A stretch of DNA of 32,158 nucleotides, from positions 1 through 32,158 of IMG/VR virus record IMGVR_UViG_3300037991_003406, one strand, 5' to 3'. Source of the DNA: a virus. Taxonomy: Duplodnaviria > Caudoviricetes. The notes under the pieces were generated by a model that saw only the letters and a program-made list of their open reading frames with translations, ran no database searches and was not told where the DNA came from. Shown piece by piece: positions 29,901-32,158 of this stretch. The position numbers and the translations under genes were made by a program. Numbering within the stretch: the stretch's first letter is position 1; the number at the start of each line of letters is the position of its first letter.

Positions 29901-30769
29901 AGGCTGAGAAAAAAGCATTTGTTGACTTTCAAGAAATAGCTGAAAAAACACAGCAGTCTGCAAGACCAGACTTAATATCTCAAGAACAAGCATCTGTATT
30001 AGGTAGATTAGTTTTAGCTTTTCAAAATACACCAATGCAGTATGCTAGAATACAGAAAAAAGCTTTTCTTGATTTAATAAATAATAGAGGTGATGCTAAA
30101 GCAAATGTTTCAAAAATATTATACTATGGATTTGCTCAAAATATAATATTTTACTCTTTACAATCAGCTTTATTTGCTTTACCATTTTTAGATGATGATG
30201 AAGAAGAAGACTTTTTAGAAGGTAAAAAAGCGCGTATGCTTAACAGTATGCTTGATGGTAGTTTAAGAGGTATAGGTATTTACGGTGCTATTGTATCTAC
30301 TATAAAAAACATGGTAATGAGATTTAATATAGAAGCTGAAAAAGGTGGTAGAGCCGATTATGAATATGTAGTTTTAGAGTTTGCAAACTTCTCTCCACCA
30401 GTAGGTATTAAACTTAGAAAAATGTATAACGCTTTACAAACTTATAAGTTTAATAGAGATGAAATAGAAAATGGTCAGTGGATGATAGGTGCAGAAGCAA
30501 TAACTGGTGTTATTGAAGCTGGAACTAACGTGCCACTAAATAGAACTATAAACAAAGTTAACAACTTATCTGAGGCTATAAATAGTGAAAACGCTATTTG
30601 GCAAAGGATAGCCTTGCTTTTAGGTTGGAATAGATGGGATGTTGGTCTTAACAGACGTATGAAAGACAATAGTGAGTTTGATGATTTTGGTGGTGATTTA
30701 GAGTTTGACACGTTTGATGAGGTGGAGTTTGATACGTTTGATGAAGAATTAGAATTTGATACTTTTTAA
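20927..30769 (+). CDS. Giant polyvalent internal virion/ejection protein, 3280 aa (lysozyme-like, zincin, sigma-like, HAD phosphatase and LPD-like domains)
   Basis: NKNPGNI...F.TDEDGLKA...TVDEAL...MAAE (about 21020-21430); GHEGFH...WEE (24887-25096); WDFDDTL, LTARP, K and FADD HAD motifs (28181-28594); C-terminal TQQSARPD..S...GRLVLAFQNTPMQY helical region. Confidence 0.8.
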   Translation: MAENQQFDITSPFYYGMPGSSKAERGDISLAEFNKNPGNIMYYQVHTSGDKEGQIIMDGDKPRISSYAQSLIDDGFNIKPGAANVHGVMIHFETDEDGLKAKQQWWNRTKNWQAYKGKTVDEALSTYSGKGYDSTKIPGNFDGTRLLSELTDEELDSLSLNQMAAEDSVNYQRLINNNLIVVDPTSNIVSINLQDTKTSQENLPINNNIPGQQGIDPDSVEGKQLLGPQGLDLSSQYETGVDFVELEEDLKIETEEPDVTGEMVESIDSKETEQIPVKEPDTSPIDEDEDGMPDVVQAPPIETATVEEEPLPDGMEDVEFEAPDETQIIDPNVDAPVSGLDRSGLLTTGQVQIAPVKVLSKDDIAYVEKTNKELEGISSENYEIEADIDPILAKKSHEEALNLVEDYDKKSLDSALAYLSNNYKQNFASKEDFLAYAEQNNLDGDMLFTMATPPDTEQITEARELLAYNREIFNEVFSMSKYSGSHLQKVVALFGGFDSETLDFGKLSKDMEAASLMFMTQSNKDRMTVKSAVDLDINIKNEIIYKSKMYVLDKYAKDVEDIGADLLQEIEKYKEDEKSLLDDKAAYENELGELNVLKSRIADNTKFVRNPDNTESVVGYVDEDLVKELQAEINSRLPGLEQTRTDLISRHDVLKDTNTDLINRQKELKNEYEEVFSLLNFNGTTGSFNPYNFKLEREFKAWEDGLKHIPVIGHAANIGLAYADAYGQLEVSRRAFTALFNNPYSALATATVYKGLGFVEGEMGGYGPQSWVTDYILEAVAPRKGLIGTDREALIWKNNPNFKKIGDGGLKEFFSWDNLRADNPGDFAYHTLHTFAQALPYVQQLAKARINSKEVARNKRIGKGDMRYNVNKVGMNWVSRLGYKVQGSEWLARSVAQVGRNQKLIFFENMADGRARGLDGEKAFMYAQATSLATGVSQAIIPDYRWFSTIAGRNAKNNIVAGLKKVRKGNLKDLAKWQKTIGPAFKSMIPDMIGEFGEEVLDMALNDLVKGAYLTNYSPEIQDANAVGQMLTSTFILTGGLGLNKGRRTMRMHKEQVYAYYKDKGFKVMKEIDNQIESIESAMMNIKDKRTREGRELKNLFQEELNQLKETKNQAAIIIQAQAKLSKYSTVEEVDLMIKKNKLLQEKQNLDPNSQGALEIDNKIKEINNQLKQTGSVKVGIEMLNRGISNLQKLFGVSEEDARNGSIIVLDEEDYDNAAEQRQKQIQKINDEVDAQIEAINKEIQALTDAEKGIKNRDKKNGAKIKKLQQDRRALAKSKTHLLHGSMQPGFFYKDAKTGKFFFVINKSAAERSGNYFVAGHEGFHALLWQTSQTEQGRKIIKAMGFALLNKLTETYGKGFLNSYVAQKFQKGINDGIYYNEKTGEIEWEEVLAIFSEALAQGDIKINTSFLGQITSIVRRMARETGLNFEIGGGKDVINFIKDYNREFTRGRFSRGFNKIRKNGLVKVDPEFVRKNKQRAKVVEEKKKVGVDASVDIEQDPVEKGKESIEFERDIDPELNVIEESDFEDFTEDEQLVRDLVLGYTEESWKSSGAENAAKIIQEMAIFDRLIAAKLKVARSPEETRDFVKRVYSALYSDILGFNLENDDFFAYLNSRVKFRAGDVYNEEQKGKVERTGEDISDMKDVSDIIDDSDPDFDPDSDNVQDQELDNKINVGGKLGIVDEIRGIIKRGFDLIRQGPVLNEDGTINEKKEQERLNELNELGFIDGDGKIIDLNKSYKDMPNILYKAIAKRFGVDAEKLSPYIKKPFSKNLRREAERGSNELLNAQMELRKIGMETLAALLPEGHTSTYEATGISRTKYKVFYNKGRRVGNNYIWHKKPVADINMLEDMLGIIDNKSFREDRLAQQSVISMLNILGKIATIQTVVEVSKQTGDLSDLIRANMEDGKSKMAQSIFYIRQTPEIQQVIRENLGDVAYRIEAIEDRYKGEELTDRIKQIFKDVYKGKVKGIGEMATQLFGATGFLTQYMAMKTNYDILGVKMPRDLDEFIQDNLLSKEQNDIDIFAALNMTGPNGETLTKDAAFTKKGIINGRKNLVEKIKAIDKLVEENKLTEKEGYEWIFMMQSMYSGAGVLGDNTYMPSSNGSFRLVESTKPRGKDKIPGAITKQYAQVAISAADYTALVNRANTRFKIGGVTFNKEIKKKFKIQANFEESSKAVIKEIEEGTFDFEGRKAQAEQARRLLTFMVELATERYINDNDMFNEMDVAQELFMFGSSMEAVSRKAAYTYGIAEGLIVNGKYTGDIGKAGQDLEYDHLVPHHQLMLRIASIVQGGDIQNVGKNLENIFEEFVVNIIPKTMDNVVTKMGMQYLMQENYEEGSKLGSLKGAFGRMYGEKTLGNSDLKTIVSLDGKNTVHGREHVNLQQITSAAVSSKNSISYTRAIRKNNQMASDKQVKGISIWDFDDTLARTNSQVLFIAPDGTTGKLTAEEFAAKGAQLLEQGYVYDFSEFDKVIDGTPGPFLPKFINRIKKFGIKDNFILTARPENSAASIQLFLKELGINIPIENITGLANSTPEAKALWIVDKVGEGYNDIYFADDALQNVQAVKNVLDQFDVKSKVRQAKGKQSIDYDRQFNEMLERKSGIEADKRFSPTKAAKRGLSKGRFKLWIAPSAEDFAGLLYNFIGSGKQGEADFKFFEDVLLRPFARAHNKINTAKQQASNEYKDLVKKTGLRKRLKELILDNDFIVEDAVRVYLWNKAGYKVPGLSETDLNELLSFVESDAELKAFADAVGLISRTNEGYVEPTEDWIAQGISYDINQKASEVRRKDYLTEFVENRKAVFGDWDDKGKLVGPNINKIEAAFGKGVRNALEDILWRMENGTNRNIGNNSMVNNFMNYINGSIGATMFFNARSAVLQTISAANFVNWEDNNLFNAAAAFANQGQYWEDFTYLFNSDMLKQRRSGLTQDLNAAELMQSVARSKTFTGKTAAAIRFILQKGFLPTQMADSFAIASGGATFYRNRINKYVSEGLSKTEAEKKAFVDFQEIAEKTQQSARPDLISQEQASVLGRLVLAFQNTPMQYARIQKKAFLDLINNRGDAKANVSKILYYGFAQNIIFYSLQSALFALPFLDDDEEEDFLEGKKARMLNSMLDGSLRGIGIYGAIVSTIKNMVMRFNIEAEKGGRADYEYVVLEFANFSPPVGIKLRKMYNALQTYKFNRDEIENGQWMIGAEAITGVIEAGTNVPLNRTINKVNNLSEAINSENAIWQRIALLLGWNRWDVGLNRRMKDNSEFDDFGGDLEFDTFDEVEFDTFDEELEFDTF
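25879..25912 (+). repeat. 12-bp tandem repeat TGAC(T)(C/T)TGATCC, about 2.8 copies, encoding DSDPDFDPDSD
   Basis: TGACTCTGATCC, TGACTTTGATCC, TGACTCTGAT read consecutively. Confidence 0.75.
30673..30766 (+). repeat. Imperfect tandem repeat encoding four EFD(D/T)F units at the giant protein C-terminus
   Basis: EFDDFGGDL-EFDTFDEV-EFDTFDEEL-EFDTF-stop; nucleotide units GAGTTTGATGATTTT, GAGTTTGACACGTTT, GAGTTTGATACGTTT, GAATTTGATACTTTT. Confidence 0.85.
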
Positions 30770-30773
30770 CAAT

Positions 30774-31618
30774 ATGAAAAAAATTATAATAATACTGTGT
30801 ATAGCATTGGTATCTTGTGCAGCGCCAAAAAAATGCTGCTCACAAAACTTTAAAAAAATATTTAAGTTTTCTACATTTTATGCAGCTGCTAATGGCGGTA
30901 CATCTATATCAGATGTAGAGACATTTTCAGTTACAAATGGACTTGAAACAGCCACAATACAAACACCATACGATTATAACTTAGCGTTAGGTATACGTAA
31001 AATAGCTAGGTTTGGTTATGAAAATAGAGCACAAACATTTTACGATGGTACTGAAAACTCGTGGTCAGACGGTGCTAATGTAGGTAAAGTATCTGGTTTA
31101 GAATTTTTATTTGAAATAGATTATAAAAGACAACAAGGTAATGAATATTTAGATCAGCATCACTTTATAAGATTTGTTGACAATAAGTATATATTAAAAG
31201 GTGAATATTTAGAAGATGGTTTTGCAGATATCCAGATGGAGAACTCGTTGCTACAAGCAAAGAGGTTTGGGAAGAGGTTGTAATACCTACAGTGTTAGCA
31301 GATTATACTGAAAGAAAACGTAATGAATTAGATCAAATAATACAACACTCGCTTGTGTTAGGTTTTGATTATTATCATTATACAAAATCGTTTTGGACAC
31401 ATGCTTGGGCTAATATTATGCCTTGGCATTATGACGATGATGGAGAGTTTTCATATCATAAATACAACAATGGGCAATGGTTAGATTATAGCGGTGGTTT
31501 AATATTTGGTTACAAACTAAATAAATCATTAGGTACTTTTGTTGAGGGTAAGTATAACAAATACTGGAACAGAGAGTGGTACGACTTTAAATTTGGAGTA
31601 AATTACGTAATCTTTTAA
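30774..31618 (+). pseudogene. Putative outer-membrane beta-barrel protein gene, split by a frameshift near 31230
   Basis: ATG at 30774 gives MKKIIIILCIALVSC (signal peptide with lipobox). After EDGFADI the -1 frame (open 31205-31618) continues PDGELVATSKEVWEEVVIPTVLADYTERKR and ends WYDFKFGVNYVIF, an alternating aromatic strand with terminal Phe (BAM beta-signal). May be an assembly error rather than a true pseudogene. Confidence 0.65.
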
Positions 31619-31639
31619 TATATATAATTACACTACAAA

Positions 31640-31915
31640 ATGGCAAAAGAATTAAACGAAGACACTGGCTTCACAATAAGTATAAAAACATTAATAGCAA
31701 TTGGTTTTGCAATATCTACAATTATAGGTATGTGGTTTGCTTTGCAAGCTGATATAGCTGAGGCAAAAGAACTGCCTAAGCCAGATGTAACTCGTATGGA
31801 GTTTCAGATGAAAGATGAAAATATCAGAAACACTATTATGGAGACTAGAGATGATGTGAGTGAGTTAAAGGATCGCATGATCCGTATGGAAGACAAAATA
31901 GATCAATTAAGATAA
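31640..31915 (+). CDS. Single-pass membrane protein with C-terminal coiled coil, 91 aa
   Basis: Hydrophobic segment TLIAIGFAISTIIGMWFAL followed by heptad-patterned IMETRDDVSELKDRMIRMEDKIDQLR. Confidence 0.7.
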   Translation: MAKELNEDTGFTISIKTLIAIGFAISTIIGMWFALQADIAEAKELPKPDVTRMEFQMKDENIRNTIMETRDDVSELKDRMIRMEDKIDQLR

Positions 31916-32158
31916 ATGAAATACATTTTATTATTAATGTTGTTTTGCAGTAGTATATCTGCGCAAATAACAGTAACACATTTTAACGCAGAGTGGAACG
32001 CTGCAAACAAAGTTGAGTGGTTTGAAAAGCTAGATGACTGTGAGCTTGCCAATGTTGATATAGTTGCAGAACCAAAACTACAAGATAAACATAAAATAGT
32101 TATAGTACCTACTATAATTGTTTTTAAAGATGGAGAAGAAATAAAAAGATACCAAGCA
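31916..32158 (+). CDS. Secreted thioredoxin-fold protein lacking CxxC, 3'-truncated (missing from the ORF track)
   Basis: ATG at 31916 directly after the previous TAA; translates MKYILLLMLFCSSISAQITVTHFNAEWNAANKVEWFEKLDDCELANVDIVAEPKLQDKHKIVIVPTIIVFKDGEEIKRYQA. Signal peptide ending in A-Q, FNAEWN in place of F.A.WC, VDI strand and the cis-Pro VPTIIVFKDGEE motif. Confidence 0.8.
   Translation, partial: MKYILLLMLFCSSISAQITVTHFNAEWNAANKVEWFEKLDDCELANVDIVAEPKLQDKHKIVIVPTIIVFKDGEEIKRYQA

Noticed and set aside
203-30711. Short alternative-frame and minus-strand ORFs in the track (e.g. 203-403, 1203-1388, 3520-3711, 3954-4232, 4530-5078, 6709-6891, 12421-12606, 16347-16616, 22381-22677, 25924-26136, 27337-27588, 28687-28941, 30475-30711)
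   Set aside because: All overlap long, well-supported + strand genes and have the Ser/Phe/Leu-rich composition expected of shadow frames; no motifs.
30756-31618. Two independent genes starting at TTG 30756 and GTG 31292
   Set aside because: ATG 30774 gives a clean signal peptide without overlapping the upstream gene, and the second ORF's frame carries protein-like sequence upstream of 31292, so one frameshifted gene fits better.
31640-31915. Holin or i-spanin assignment for the 91-aa membrane protein
   Set aside because: Topology is compatible, but no endolysin or o-spanin partner is visible in the window and no family motif was recognised.
1-32158. tRNA genes, CRISPR arrays, introns, IS elements, diversity-generating retroelement repeats, stop-codon recoding
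   Set aside because: Intergenic gaps are at most about 70 bp, no spaced repeat arrays or transposase/RT motifs were seen, and all large genes read through intact in the standard code.

Overview
AT-rich, gene-dense window with every credible gene on the + strand. It is the virion morphogenesis module of a podovirus-type phage that resembles the crAss-like / marine Flavobacteriia phages and probably infects a Bacteroidota host (A/T-rich leaders without Shine-Dalgarno sites, a Bacteroidota-type AQ signal peptide). Gene order: terminase large subunit (5'-truncated), portal, acidic putative scaffold, major capsid protein, a conserved head-module protein, two ring/tail-tube proteins, a 2425-aa tail stabilisation (muzzle/nozzle) protein with large inserts, a Thr/Ser-rich tail accessory protein, a 119-aa protein that looks like the detached muzzle C-terminus, three putative ejection proteins (262, 604 and 3280 aa), then a cell-envelope cassette (frameshifted outer-membrane beta-barrel, TM/coiled-coil protein, secreted CxxC-less thioredoxin fold). 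The most interesting object is the 3280-aa protein. It reads as a polyvalent injected polyprotein: lysozyme-like domain, HExxH zincin, sigma70 region-2-like domain, possible HNH-like motif, HAD phosphatase and LPD-like C-terminus. A recurring K-[EQN]-S-I-x-[FY] motif sits at its domain boundaries and may mark self-cleavage sites. All family assignments come from motif recognition by eye; no database searches were run.
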